Positions 25,897-39,634 of a DNA stretch of 64,000 bases are shown here, piece by piece (the stretch's first letter is position 1; each line of letters starts with the position of its first letter). The position numbers were made by a program, and so were the translations under genes. Below the pieces are notes generated by a model. That model saw only the letters and a program-made list of their open reading frames with translations. It was not told the origin of the DNA and did not search any database. The DNA comes from Podarcis bocagei (taxonomy: Eukaryota): the NCBI GenBank assembly GCA_964188305.1, contig OZ076892.1; one strand, 5' to 3'.

Positions 25897-28180
25897 CACT
25901 GCGTGCCCCCCCCGACAGTGCCTGTGTGTGTGTGTTGCCCCTTTTCACTAGATCAACGGGGGTCCCTGAGCTCCGTCCGAATCTTTCTCTCCCCCCCACT
26001 TCACCTCGCCCCCCTTTTCCATCACACACACACACACAGCCTACGATTCCCACTTTATTGTCTTCCCTGTTATCTCCCCCCCCCCTTGCTTCTACCTCCC
26101 CTCTCTCCTTCCAACCACCCCGCTTTGACAAATGACATCCGAGCCAGCGACTTGCCGTCCCTCGCAATCCCCCCCGCGGGGGGCTCCGCTACCAACATCT
26201 CCCCCCCCCCTTCCTTCTTCACTCTTTGCACAAATACAGTCCACCCAGACAAAAGCAATTATTCCTTAGGTACAAGCTTAGTGTGGGTGTTGAAAGGGGG
26301 GAGGGGAAAGAGAGTATGGATGAATTACTGACACCCCCCCCCCTCAAGCAAATAATCTTCCTTCGCTTGCCTTCTTTCTAAAAAAAAAAAATTAACACAC
26401 ACCCTACACCTGACACTTCCACTATCCCTCTTTTTCCAGGGCTAAAAATAAACCCCTTAATCAGCTTCATAAGGCTCCTCCATCCCCTTACTTAAATTAA
26501 TGTGTGTGTGTGGCCCCAAACCAGGCACTCAGCGCTCACAGCCCCTTCCAGGTTTATTATTAGAAGAAGAGAGATTTACACAGATAATTACTACTAGGCA
26601 CTGTAATAATAAAGGGGTGACCTTCCCCACCCCCAAAAAATAGCCCATGGGATATATAATGAGGCCAAGAGAGTTTCTGTAATAACTCTTTGACTTCTCT
26701 CCAGGAGACTCACTTTCTTTTACTTTCCTTCAAGGGGGAAAGCAGAGGCACCTGTCTGTTCATCCCCTCGTCTCTCTCTATAAGGCTTTGGGGAGGGACG
26801 TGTGTGAGAAAGCGACCTCTTCTGTGATCACTTTGGTTCCTGGCTCAGGATCACACCGTGCTTCTCTCCCCACCCAGGCCTTATCACCCATTGAAGGAAT
26901 TGGCACATTTTTTAAAAAATGCACATGCATTCAGATGTTGCTTCTCTAGACGATATTGGTTTCCTTATTTTCCCCCAACCGCCTTCCCCCAACAGTGTCA
27001 GGTCTGTGTAAGCTGCAGTTGGGGTCTCAACCCCAGCCAGCGCTGCTTCCTCGGAACTGGCAGGGTGGCAAGATTTGAGACAGACAATAGTTTCAAAAGG
27101 GAGTTCACCAACATGGATCGCTAAAGGCTTCGTCGCCTGTCATCGACACACAAATTTCTCCTGCACCCACCCTGCTGCCACGCTCCAAAGGGGTTTGGTA
27201 GGATTTTGCAACAAGGCTGGGGGGGAAAGCCCTGCCAGCCCTGTCTAACTAGAGGACCGCTTTTCCGAAGTGACTTCAACCCTCTGGAGTGGAGGGATGC
27301 TACAGGCTAGTTGGTACCTCTTTCTCCTGCTACTACTAACCCTCACTGAACCCCATCCGCCATACTTCCAGTTTGGTGTTTCTGCATCAAATCAGCCCTT
27401 GGAGAAACTGTTGTGTGGATGAGCTGTGAGTCACAGCTAGAGCCAGCCAAACCCCAAAACTTGAGTCCTGCCCCAATATTGCAGGATATTTCTTTTTTCC
27501 CATTTACTCTCTGGGTGCAGTTGGATTCTTCTCCCCACCTCCATGCACATATCCCTTATTACTCTATTATGATCTTGCAAGTCCTGTTCAACTGCATTTC
27601 AAACAAGTGGTCCAAAAGGAGATCAACAGCAGATACCATTATCTGTGTCCCATTGAACTCTCTTTTCATGTATCATTTGATTCCCCCCCCCCCTTTTTTT
27701 TTTATTCCAACAGCCCTGGAAACATGGAGAGAAAGTAGATAGAGGATGGATGCAAAGATAGAAATGTGTGGGGAGAGAGCGCGGAGTGGAAGATAGACAG
27801 ACAGACAATATATGAAAGGGAGGGGGAGAGAGAGACGGAGAAAGGGATGGACAGAGAATGGGATGGAAATATATTAGTGAGAGGCAGAAGGAGAGAGGAG
27901 AGGTGTATATATGGTGTAATATAGATAGATATCAGATTGATGGAGGGGCAAATAGATGAATATGCATGGGGCAGAGAGGGAAGGAGAGAGGGGGGGAGAG
28001 AGAGAAAGAAGAGGAAAAAATAAGAGTTGGTGGGATAGAAAGAGTGCAATTATTTGATTCAGTACCACAGTGCTGAGGTCAGAAATTAACTGCCGCTAGC
28101 CTTAAAGTGGGGGTGTTAATATGTTTTTTTTCTCTCTCTCCTTTTCTCCCTGTCTCTAGGTCACAGAAGATGGAATGTAC

Positions 28181-28188
<8 letters not shown>

Positions 28189-28224
<36 letters not shown>
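28189..28224 (+). repeat. (CA)n microsatellite
   Basis: Seen directly. Confidence 0.95.
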
Positions 28225-28226
<2 letters not shown>

Positions 28227-31200
28227 ACCAACCAACCAAGACTATTATAGTAGACATTTTCCAAAATAATAACAAAAGCCAAACTGGGGATGATGGCTGT
28301 TTTTGGATAGTGTTTGATCTCACCTGAAGAAATTCTCTTTCTGGAGTGAAGCTGGAACAGGGTACATGTGCACCCCATTTCAGCCTTCAAAGGGAAAAGG
28401 AAGGTCTGTAGATGCTAATAATAAACCACCGTAGGAAAGAGGAGCTGAGTTAATCACAAATCCACCCATCCAAAGAAACAAGGCAGTCACCTAACAGGAG
28501 GACTTGGTTCGTTTCCAGGAGAGCTGCTTCAGCCTGCATTGGAATTGCCCACCAAATGTAAATCCTGAACAGGCTACCTTGAAAATTACTCCTTTCCACG
28601 TTCTAATCTGCATTTAACAACGCTTAAAAGTATTGCTTTGTAGATGAAAGGGAGTTCTTAGCAGCACCTGCGAAAATGCCCTTATAACCGCTGGTCCAAT
28701 GAGGTGTTGCCCCCTCTTCTATTTCATCCCAAACAAACTAAAAGAAACACACTGCTCTTTAAAAATGTGCAGCATGGATATGCCATTTCCAGTCTCCACC
28801 CTTTCTGCACCAGTATCTACTCTACTGGGCATCAGAAGGATTGTTTCAATGTGATTTATTTTTATATTGTAACTACTCTAAACCAATGGGAATTGGGTGG
28901 GGTGGAAATAAAAAATATTCATCCTAAATACATCGCTAATCTCAAATTTAATTGCTGGCAAAAGTATTTATTGTTTTGTTTATTTATTGTTTCCATTGTT
29001 TCCACCTTTCTACAACAGAACTGGTGCATGGAGTAAGAGGTTTAAACAAGGAGACGTGGAACAGAAAAGTGTATGGAATAATGAGTAAACAGAGGAAGGC
29101 TTTATCCCTATAAGCCAGCATCCGAAGAGTTGAGCTCAATGGCTTGTGGGTGGGTCCCTGCTTGGATTCTGGACTACAGTATTTATTTCTTGAAACAGCA
29201 AAATTTTCTCCTCCGTGTCATATTACAAACTATTTAGTTTCAAAAATGACTTCTTTCTAGCATGCCAAACTTCCTTGGGTAAGAGGATCCAGTTGTGCCG
29301 TTCTATGGATGTTGGCCTTAATTTCTCTCTGTAGACAGATCATATAGATGTGTGCATACACCTGTTTGCTTTTTCTTAAATAATCCAGCTTTTACATCGC
29401 TATTTGTGCATTCAAACTTCAAATATAATGGCACGCAATTAATTAGCATGCAGGTAATAGCTACGTGCAGACTCCAAGTAAGGGGTGGGCATTCTACGTT
29501 TCCATCTGCATCACACAAGATGGATGGGAAGGAATATCCTATCCACACCACACAGTGCTAATGCGGATCCAATCAGCAATGAAGCGCTGGGCACTGCATG
29601 CATGATTCCCAATCCAGTATCTGGAACTGTATGTATAGCTGGGTGCTGGCATCCAAACAAAAGATCTGCTCATGTAGCAATTTTGTAGCGTAAACAGATC
29701 CTGATCCAGAAGATGAACCTGCATTATGTATGGATACTTCTTGCTGGATTGGTTAAACTTGTATATCCTTTTTCTGTGAACTGATTAATCCAGAGCAAGT
29801 AGCACCAACAACTTAGATGGATAAGAATCATCACTAAACATGCATACACACTCTTTGGTCACTTCAACCATGCAGATTACGTGTACAAAAGGTTAATTGA
29901 AATGAGAGAGAGAGAGAGAGAGAGAAGCCATTCTCTATTAAATATTATTTAGAAAACATTATTGCTATCCTGCAATGTACAAGATGTTACTTTGCAGTTC
30001 TAGAGTTAGATACGGTATGTCTTTTGCATGTATTAAGATACTTCCTGTCTTCATTTAGAATTAAAAACTGGGAAACAAGAAATCTCTTTCTACCCCTACC
30101 GTATCATATTTGTTTACCATTTAAAAGTTTATTGTAAAAAGATGTGCAATTTCAGCCTTTCCTCCTGTACAACTTAGCATCCTTACTACAACCTGGGCCT
30201 ACTTCAAAGAAATGGAAGGATCTAAAGGACTATGATGCCGTGGCTTACAAGCTCAATACAAAAGAAATAAAGATTTGGAAGAAAAATTCAATAAGTGATC
30301 TAATAGAGCAATTAATGGACCCTGTGAAAAATTACCAAGAAATCTGGAATGAACACTCTTTTCCAGTTTTTCATTCCAAATCTTATTAAGATTTGGTTGG
30401 TTCATTTTATCTTTTTAAAATGCAATTTGCTAATTTGGAGGCAATAGTGGGGAAATCTAGAAAGAGGTTTGGAGGAGGTGATAATTTAAAGAGAGAAAGA
30501 GAGATTGAGATTTAATCAGAAATAGTTCTCCTCCTACAGAAAGTAACATACAATTAAAAGAGGAAATAAAAGGAACAAAAAGAATGGAAGATGGGATTTC
30601 TTTGTTGCTGCGGAACTCTCGCTGGGATATCGTCAATGAATGGGGGGGGGCATCATTCTTTGGCTGTCTTCCACTCTATCTTCTTTTAGGGGATAGGGAG
30701 ATACCTGCAAAGCGTTTTAGCCTCATTCCCCAGTTCCTAAAAAAGGGAAGGTAGGAAAGTGGATGTGATATTTGCAAAAAGATTGCTGTAGTGGGAAACT
30801 AGTAAATATACAGAGGAGTTTTCTCATGTAAGACATGAAAGAGAAAATATTTGGGGTAAGCTTTCATCAATAGGGGGCCGGGCCTCCATGTTCAACTTTG
30901 CTTTATCCCACACATGGGCAATGAGATCAGCTTGGTTTTTTTAGAGTGATCCTTTATGACTTTTGGGGAAAGGTGTCATCCTGAATTTTTCCACCGAAAT
31001 TCCACTGCAGTAACCTGTGCCTTTTAACATGATCAGAAATTGTACAGTTTGATGCTTTACACATTAAAAAAATGTTCAACGAAACAATAAAGCCAATTTC
31101 AACCCACCCTGAAAAATAAGTAATCGGAGACTGTCACTTATTTCAAAGTACAGTATTGTGGATTCAGTGGGCCTTGTTAAGAAGATAAGACAACATGCAC

Positions 31201-34200
31201 ACCAGAATCACATTCATAGGTATGTTTCACCTAGTCCCTCCAGCCCTGGATTAGAAGAAAACAGAGGCCAAATCCATTTTCCTTGCCACTTTGTAGAAAA
31301 TGTAGACATTTGGCCTGATTGTACAAAGATCTGTTCTTGCTCCCTGCTCCTCTAACTTGAACTATTAGCAGCAGGCAATAGTGAAAATGTATGAATAAAA
31401 TCCCATGTCACAGAATCAAACATAGCAGTATTTTTTTTGTATGATGATGTATTTGGCACTTAGGTTCCTTACAGTTTCTGGCCAGCAAGCGAAGAAGGGG
31501 CAGGTATGTTCAGGAAGAGGGGAAATGCCAGCACTGCAGCAGCTCTCACCAGTGAAATATCAAGCCACCGTTCACTTTTTTAAAAGAGGCTTCTCCCATT
31601 GTCAGCAAAAACAGCAAGTAAAACTACCTGTGTGGGGGGTCCATCTCCTGCATGCATATATTTGGACCCTACCCCTTTAGCTCTTTCATCTTCCCGAGTT
31701 CATAACCCTGCAAGGTTAAGTATTATAATTCCCATTTTACAGACATAGCAACTTCTCCAGTGCCAGCCAAGGCACCCACAGATAGATACCGACAGCATCA
31801 AAATTTCACATGCCTGGCCAATCAAATAGCCAAGACTTCTCCAGACTTCATTGTATGTGCTTAAAATAATATAACGGTCCTGCCACCTACAATATGCTCT
31901 GCTCCTGACACAGGACACAGGTTAAGATCCCTTGGAAGAATGCAGGCAAGACTGCCAGATGTCACTAAGCATGTCCCCATCTTCAGCCAGAACTCACAGT
32001 GATGCCCATGAACCATCCCTGCCCATCAGCTTGCCCAGAAAGTGAGATGGAATCAAAAAAGAGACAGTGGGATTCCTCTAAGGGTCACACGAACAGTCGG
32101 TGAGCAGCAAGGACAGAGTCTACCCACAAGGCACTTAGTCAAGGCTTGCCCACCCATACATATTTTGGTTATTTTGGTTTCCTAGCTGTGTGCCCTAAAA
32201 TCAAAGCATTAATTTCCCTCAGGAAATTTAGAAATCTGGGTGCTGAAGCTATCCCTGTCCTAAAAGCAAAATACCTCTGTCTGCTTATCTTGCTAATAGT
32301 TTAGACCCCAACTAGACATGATATTGGAGTGGCATTAATGCATCTCTCAGCACCTTTTTCCTTTCCAGGTAAGTAGCAGCTGTGGGAAAAGTCAGTTGGG
32401 GCTGCAGAACAGCGGGAAGGGAATTAACCCTCTGCATGCCAGGTGCTGATTTCACCAATGAAAACCTCATGCACACACCTACTGCTATTAGCTGCCGGGG
32501 GGGGGGAGGAAAGTACCTATATTATACCTCCTACATGGCTAATAGCTACTCTTGGGATAGGGGTAGGGGCAGGGGCAGGAATGCAATTTGAATCTGGGTA
32601 GAAGTGCAAGGAGAAAGGGTTAAAGGGCCATACTCCTGTAGTTCTACACTGAATCAAGACCCCCAAGTGGCTGCTCTTAGAAGAAGAAAATTATGTCAGG
32701 AAATCCAATCGCTGATCATCCAGTTAGGCTTTTGGGGTCAGGGTTAGCCTCAGAAAGTTGGAGCACGTGCCTCTGTATTTATTTCAATAGGATGGCCTCC
32801 TTCATTCACACTCCAGTGATATTTCCATACATAAAATGTCCGGTGTATCTACACTACAAATTTTGGTTTCGAAAAAGTCCCTTTGTTATGGCTACTCCCA
32901 CAGAATCCTGGGAATTGTGATATGGTGATGGGGTTGGCAGTTCTTCCTTGGAATTTCCTAGTTCCCCTCACAGTACAGTTCCCAAGGGAGAAAGAAAGAC
33001 CCTGGAACCAGCTTACGCTTAAATTGGTGCATACCTTGAAGAAAAGCCTACGTTGGCCATACGTGCTTTTCCTTCCGTATTCTACCCTGCATTAGTGATA
33101 TTTACAGCGTAGATTCACACTGCATGCATACGTGGGTAACAAGAGTCTGACAACTAACTGTTTCGCCTAGGGAAAAGCCAACTTTTGGATGGCAATTTTT
33201 GAGCAGAGAAGTGGCAGGGGTGTGCTTAATCCCTTCCCTGCCTGTGGCTCCAAATCACACACACACCCTCAGCCCCTGCAGAGAGCATGCACGTTTTTGG
33301 CACCGGAGGTGCACAGGGCTGGCTTGGAGCGGAGCAATTTGGAGTGGAGAAGTAGCAGCCGAGAAAGGATTCGGCACACAAGGCACACTCAGCTGCTTCT
33401 CTGCTCGAAACCACCCCCTCCCCAGTGCTGCTTTTGCCCAAGAAAAGCAGCCATCTTTTGATAAAGGCCTGTGCATGTAACATGTAGTTCTGCCGCTGCA
33501 TCTGTCACTAATACAATGAGAGAGTTCCAAACGTGGTTTTTAGTGACTTTTTCTCGTTGATTTTTCTTTACGGGTGGGGAGTCAATTGCCTCCCCCCCCC
33601 CCGCTCACACGCCCCAGAAACAAACTTTGCAGAACTACTGACCTTTCAGGCAGAAGTGGCAGCTGTAGTACATTCACTCCAGTCCAGTCCAGAACCTGAG
33701 GAGAGAACAGAGTGTCAGAAAAGGCCTGGGATGACAACACCACTCTCACGGGCACATGTCAAAGGAACAGCAATGTATGCACAAATACTGCACAACTTGC
33801 ACACAAAGAAATGAGATTTCATTGAATGCTCAGTAGGGCCCACTGGAAGCAGACGTTTTTAAAAGCGTTATTAAAAAGTATCTTTACCTCAGTCGGGGAC
33901 ACACACTCACATTTATTTTGCCTCACTGTCATCTCCAGTCAAACAGACTTTGAAAGGTTTTCCAAAAACCTGCACAACCTGTTTGATCGGATATGCTAAT
34001 AGCACAGGAAAAGCAAATCTCCATAACCAGAGAAAACAGTGGTTCTCTCCAGCAACCTTTAACCATCTGGGAACACATATATAATCTGTTTTTAAGCTAG
34101 GCAAAACATTAAAGGTGCCACCTTCTTTCCCCCGCAGAACAGAGCCTGCGTCTTACGAGACTGTGTGGTCTCTTTCTAGTCTGCCTCACCTTAGCTCTGT

Positions 34201-34704
34201 GTTATGGTTTGGGGATTTTCCTTGGTGTTTGTTTGTTTTTTTAACTCAGACCACTCTCCACAATGACTCAAGACAAAAATGGTTTGAACAGTGGTCTGTC
34301 CCAATCATGTATAAAGCAGGGGTGCAGCCATTTTCTAGAGCAAAGCGATATGTGGACGAGGGGAGCTGAATCCTTACCCGCCCCCAATCTGCCACATATC
34401 TCCTCATAGCATCTCGCCACAGACGCTTTTCTCTCTCCTGAGCTTACTTCCATGGTTGTTGCCCAGAAGTGGGGAGAAGTGACTTCAGGAAAGAGACTGT
34501 GAGAAGGGAAGATGCGTTCCTGAGGTAGAAGGTTTCTCAACAGCTTTGAAACGCACGCCCCCCCGACCTCATGCCTCAGAAAACCAACCCCCGCTCCCCC
34601 ATTTCAAGGGTGACTAAATCAGGCCTAGATTTAAACACAGGCACTGTTCACATGGAGTTGAGCCTCAATAAAACTCAGGCCGCACTTTCACCCCACTAAG
34701 ACAC

Positions 34705-34945
34705 TACTGTAAACAGCAATGGCTTCCCCCAAAGAATTCTGGGAGTTGTCATTTGTGCTGAGAGCCGTTCCCCTCACAGAACTACAATTCCCAGATTTCC
34801 TCCTAAAGAGGGATTAAATGTTAAACCGCTCTGGGAATTGTAGCTCTGTGAGGGGAATAGGGTGTTTCCTAACAACCCTTGGCACCTGTGACAAGCTACA
34901 GTTCCCAGGATTTGGGAGGGGAGGGGAAGTCATGGCTGTTTAAAT
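34705..34945. mobile_element. Palindromic MITE-like repeat
   Basis: aaacagcaatggcttcccc...ggggaagtcatggctgttt termini; internal inverted arms cccctcacagaactacaattcccag/ctgggaattgtagctctgtgagggg; related remnant at about 32885-32990. Confidence 0.65.
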
Positions 34946-36119
34946 TGGTACCAAGGTGGTGTGCATTTGTGGCCTCCTTCTCTGACAGTTTCATTCCTGG
35001 ATGCCTCACACTCTTCTCCCACAGAACCAATCCTGCACAATGGTGCTTAATGGTGGGGTCGGCCATGACAGGGCCTGTTACTAAAGCAATTTAACTTTGT
35101 AGGTATACCCCCCCTTTCTGGCAAGGGGGCCACATATCGAGAGATAGTATGCACCTTTCCCCAAACGCCTCAGAGTGGAGTTGCTTCCATCCTATGGAAA
35201 TGCAAAGGGTGTAGGATCATAGTGTTGCAAAACAGCAAGGCAGAGAAAAGGCCCCGGCTAGCTCTATGCCAACCACAGCTGGGTCTTCCTGTTTTTTTAT
35301 CTGCGAGTACCACAAACCTCTGGTGCCAGCACCATTGAGCACCTATGCCAACAGTAGCCTTTGTCAAACTATATGTGCACAAGGATAGAAAAACCCAGAC
35401 TCTCCATACCTAAAATAGCAGACCTGCAGACGTCAGAAAGCAGGATACTCCTATAAAACTTTGATGGATCCTAAGATTCCCCAATGCCCTTCATTACACA
35501 GAACATAGAAAGGTAGGCGCACTCATAGTGAGCTACTGCAGCGGAGAGGCACACAAATTCTGCAATCCACAAACGGGCCTCTTCCAAAGTTGTGTTTATC
35601 CTCCCTTGTGGAGAAACAGGGGGAAGCTAAAGATCCACATTAATTTTTCGGAATCGGTACTTGAGAAGAATAAGCAGAAATGCAACGCTATGGATCTTTC
35701 TTCAAAAATACACACGGATGGTCAATTCAGATGAAACATTTTCCTCCGAGCATTTTTTAAAACAGGGCTCATAGTGAAGAATTCCTTTGTAGAGGAATAA
35801 ACGCTGTTGTCAAAACAGGGACCACCAAAAAACGGCCTTGCATTTGCAAGAGCTCACTTGCAAACACCCAACCCATCTCATAAGGCCACACCCAAACTGT
35901 CCGACCACAACTGTCCTCTTAGGACCCCCCACACCTCTTCCAGAGTCCTGGCTCGTAGCTTGTGGCATTCCTGCTATGGCCCACTGAAGCCACTCCCCAT
36001 TCCCAGTGCCGGAATCCAGGTGTCCTGGTTCTCCGTACCCTCCAGAATTGACATAAAACTCCCCCCTGCCCCTCACACCCCCCACCCCTGGCTACGCAGC
36101 GTACCCACAGTTGTTCCTG

Positions 36120-36320
36120 CTAATCAGCCGATGTCATCTGCGGAGTGAAGTCTTTGCTTAAAGAGATTTAGGGCAGGAATCAATAGGAAATTTAAAAATC
36201 AATGCGGTTAGTATGAGAAAATCAATGGCGTTTAATCGGCCTGCCGATCCCCAGTCACAACAATTAGAAGGCTGGGATGTTCTACATCCCGCTACACACC
36301 ATTAGCGTCAATATTTGTGT
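36120..36320. promoter_or_regulatory. Candidate enhancer with three AATCAAT (Onecut/Cut-type) sites
   Basis: AATCAAT at 36178, 36197 and 36220 within a CpG-retaining non-repetitive stretch. Confidence 0.45.
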
Positions 36321-36974
36321 AAGTGATGGCAGGGGGCAGTTGGGGAGGGGAAAGGGGGGGGAACCCCAGTCTGGCACGAAAGCACTTGAAAGCTAGAGGA
36401 AGCGTGTGCGGAAAAGGCGGGGGGGGGGATCCCGGCATCTTCTGCTCGCTGTTTCCCTTTGGGAAGGAGCTCCGCTTGTTGCGTTTCTTATTCCTGCTCG
36501 CTGAGTTCTTAGCATGAGCTTCCTCTCCGTGCCTTTCTGGGGTTGCAGATTTGGGGTTTGGGGGTTCTACGCCTACCTCCTGGTGTGTGGACTGGGAACA
36601 TCCAGCATCACGACGGCTCGACTCTTTTCCTGCAGCCCTAGAAGGAGCTGCAGACGCCGTAGTTAGGTGGAGGAGATGAACTGGCCTTGCCAACAGCTGA
36701 TCCGGAGGGTCGGCCACAAAGGCACTTTTTCAGCCCCCTTCCCCTGTGGCCGCTCGATGCATGGGCCTAGGAACAGCAGGGCTTAGGGTGTTGATTCCCA
36801 TCTTCCACACCACTGTTCAAGGTGCAAGAACCATATCCTCTTTTGCATTTGCATCGCCCAAGATGGAAGGAAGGAGGTAAGGAGGGCCTTGGCAGATGTT
36901 GGAAAGGGTGTAAGCTGTAGCAAGCAGGGCATATGCAGCGCAGGTGGGAGAATGAAAGAGCAGAAACCCCACCA

Positions 36975-37150
36975 TGGTTCAAATCCCTGCTCGGCCATGA
37001 AACTCACTGGGGGTGACCTGGAGCCAGTCACAGTCTCTCAGCCTAGCCTACCTCCCAGGGATGCTGTCTGGATAAAATGGGGTGGAAGAGTACCATGTAT
37101 GCCACTGTGAGCTCCTTGGAGGAAAAGCGGGGTATAAATCTGATAAATAA
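36975..37150 (+). mobile_element. MIR-like SINE with L2-type tail
   Basis: B-box ggttcaaatcc, core tctctcagcctagcctacctc, tail gctccttggaggaaaagcggggtataaat. Confidence 0.7.
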
Positions 37151-37318
37151 GTAAAATGAATTTTCAGGGGCAGGGAGCCTCCACTGTCAACGACGCAGTT
37201 GTTGGCCGTATTATTTACTTCTGTGGGGGCACTGTTTAGAGTTTGGCCTCAGGCACCAAAACCTCTTGGGCCTTTGCTTAGGGAAGAGGTGAAGGAAACT
37301 CTGGGATGTCCTAGTCCT

Positions 37319-37458
37319 GGGATAGCTCAGTCAGTAGAGCATGAGATCTCAGGGTCATGGGTTTGAGCCCCACATGGGCAAAAGATTCCTACTGTGCCAG
37401 GGGTTGGACTAGTTGACCCTCAGGGTCCCTTCCAACTCTACGATTCTCTGATTCTATG
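37319..37458 (+). mobile_element. tRNA-Lys-derived SINE with the same CR1-like tail
   Basis: tagctcagtcagtagagcatgaga..tctcagggtcatgggtttgagccccac (tRNA-Lys(CTT)-like) + ggggttggactag...gtcccttccaactctacgattct. Confidence 0.85.
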
Positions 37459-38625
37459 TTAGGCACTCTGAGATGCCTGAGGCACTATGTTAGGCATTTC
37501 AATACTTTGCCTCAAACTGTGAAGTGGGGAGTCAGGTCCCTCTACTGTTGCCACTTGTGGGAGACATCTGTGGCCTAGCAGTTCAAGCAAGGGATCACAA
37601 ATTGGGCATTTTTAATCCCAGCAAGTATAGCGACGACAAAACCTGGCACCTTTTATATATATATAGCTTCCCAGCCTGAGTTTGGCGCAGAGTGTGTGCG
37701 GCTGGGACAGGAAGGCAGGCCTGCAGCAAAGCGCTGACAGAGAGTTCGCTCCCGGGAGCCGGATCAATGTGTCAGCGCGGGGGTCGCTGGGAATCCCCCA
37801 AAAAATCAATGCGCTGGTGTTTCCGGGCTGTGGCCGCCTAGATTAGCCTGGTACAGAGCTGACAGGGGCACTAATCAGGCTGTCAATAACCCTGACCCTG
37901 GGCAATTAACCTATCGACAGGAACGGGGCAAGGGGAAATACATGGGCTGTGGGGTAAGAAGGTACAGGAAAAGACCCCTGTGCAGGGAAAGAGGGGGCAG
38001 GGGAAGTGAACATGTGAAAAAAGAGGCCACTTTCCCAACTCTTCGCCCTGTTGCCATATACTTGCTTAGTAATGAAGACCCCCACAAATGAGAGAGGGCC
38101 ACAGCTATAATGTGCTTATTTCAATGGCACAAGTTGTTAATAATGCTTCCATACAAAACTTCCACAACTCTGGCACTGCTTCATCACAGCCATCGTGTAC
38201 TTTCACCACATTTTCTTCTGGACCTGTTACTCTAAAACTTAGCGCAACTCATAAAATAGCACTTCACAGGAATACTTCTATCATAATATGCGAAGTGTGC
38301 TTCCTAATTTCCAGTGCTTTACCATGTCTGTCCAATTTTAAATCTGAATCTTATCTCTACCCTCCTGAGGTCTAGAAACTTGTTTGTTTGTTTCTGAACG
38401 AAACTTAGGATTCTGGAGCTTTAAGTATGCATCAATGTGCCGCACAGTAAGTCACTGAGGGGACAATCTGATGTTGCCCATTCTGGTTATATATCTGTAT
38501 CAAGGCCAGAAAAATCTCTTTTTGCAGACAAAATGGGCCGGAGGAGCTTGACTGCATGAAATACAACTGGGGCGGGGTGGTAGGTGAAGGTTTCAGATTA
38601 TGGCCTGTTTTTAAGCTACTTGCAT

Positions 38626-38793
38626 NNNNNNNNNNNNNNNNNNNNNNNNNNNNNNNNNNNNNNNNNNNNNNNNNNNNNNNNNNNNNNNNNNNNNNNNNNN
38701 NNNNNNNNNNNNNNNNNNNNNNNNNNNNNNNNNNNNNNNNNNNNNNNNNNNNNNNNNNNNNNNNNNNNNNNNNNNNNNNNNNNNNNNNNNNNN
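38626..38793. other. Assembly gap (168 N)
   Basis: Run of N. Confidence 1.
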
Positions 38794-38818
38794 CAACTGG
38801 ATACCACAACACCTGGAT

Positions 38819-38820
<2 letters not shown>

Positions 38821-38883
<63 letters not shown>

Positions 38884-38968
38884 TTATTTATACCCCGCCC
38901 ATCTGGCTGAGTTTCCCCAGCCACTCTGGGCGGCTTTCAATCAAGTGTTAAAAACTATACAGCATTAA
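38821..38968 (-). mobile_element. 3' terminal fragment of the same L2 family with (AAT)21 tail
   Basis: ttataccccgcccatctggctg...ccccagccactctgggcggct is the reverse complement of the tail at 12419-12470. Confidence 0.9.
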
Positions 38969-39495
38969 CCAATTCTGCCTTTGGATAAAATCTGTAAAGA
39001 ATTCCCAGCCGAGTGTTTGCCAGTCCATCTTCTCACACCTATCTATGCTTGCTGTTTGTAGCCCGTTGACAAAAAAGTACCCACTGCCATCCATTTTACA
39101 AAATCTTTATTGCTTGGTCACCCGCAGACAAAGCTTTAACTCGCCACAGGTAACCTTGCAAGTGCCTACTTGTAAGCCTGCTTTATCTCATCCTAAAATT
39201 CAGATAATCTGACTTCTGAGAGGCAATTAGCATGTACTCTGCATCCCATTCTGTGCAGCCGTGCTGGCCTCCGTGGTGTATTCCTTCGGAAGGGTAAACG
39301 CCACATGATGATTTGGTGCAAATATGCAGTAAGTCAAGCATCCCAAGTAACCGAGAACCCGCGTCAACCTGATGTGCCTTCGTCACTTAGAGTAATAGAA
39401 TCGCAGAATTGTAGAGTTGGAAGGAACCTCCCGAAGGCTCACTTTCAGATGTGCCCAAATACTGGTCCCAAAAGACAGCTTGACCACATTCAAGT

Positions 39496-39634
39496 GCCTA
39501 GCTCAGTTGGTAGGGCATGAGACTCTTAATCTCAGGGCCGTGGGTTTGAGCCCCGTGTTAGGCAAAAGATTCCTGAACTGTAGGGGGTTGGACTAAATGA
39601 TTGCCATGGTCCCTTTCAACTGCACAATTCTATG
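39496..39634 (+). mobile_element. tRNA-Lys(CTT)-derived SINE
   Basis: tagctcagttggtagggcatgagactcttaatctcagggccgtgggtttgagcccc retains the CTT anticodon loop, followed by the same tail. Confidence 0.85.

Larger units (their letters stand above)
24940..26200 (-). promoter_or_regulatory. CpG-rich promoter region for the 25-kb first exons
   Basis: High CpG density relative to the CpG-depleted background, polypurine/polypyrimidine and (GT)n tracts, two GTAAG donors. Confidence 0.6.

Noticed and set aside
25456-26331. 291-aa and overlapping ORFs
   Set aside because: Low-complexity (GT)n, (CT)n and poly-C sequence lacking stops; no protein-like content.
30050-30400. Possible L1/Tx1 ORF2 remnant (KKWKD...IW)
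   Set aside because: Similarity too weak to support without a profile search.
38432-38924. ORFs spanning X and poly-N/L runs
   Set aside because: Artefacts of the assembly gap and (AAT)n.
39496-39570. Functional tRNA-Lys(CTT) gene
   Set aside because: T-loop mutated (GTTTGA), acceptor stem broken, followed by a SINE tail.
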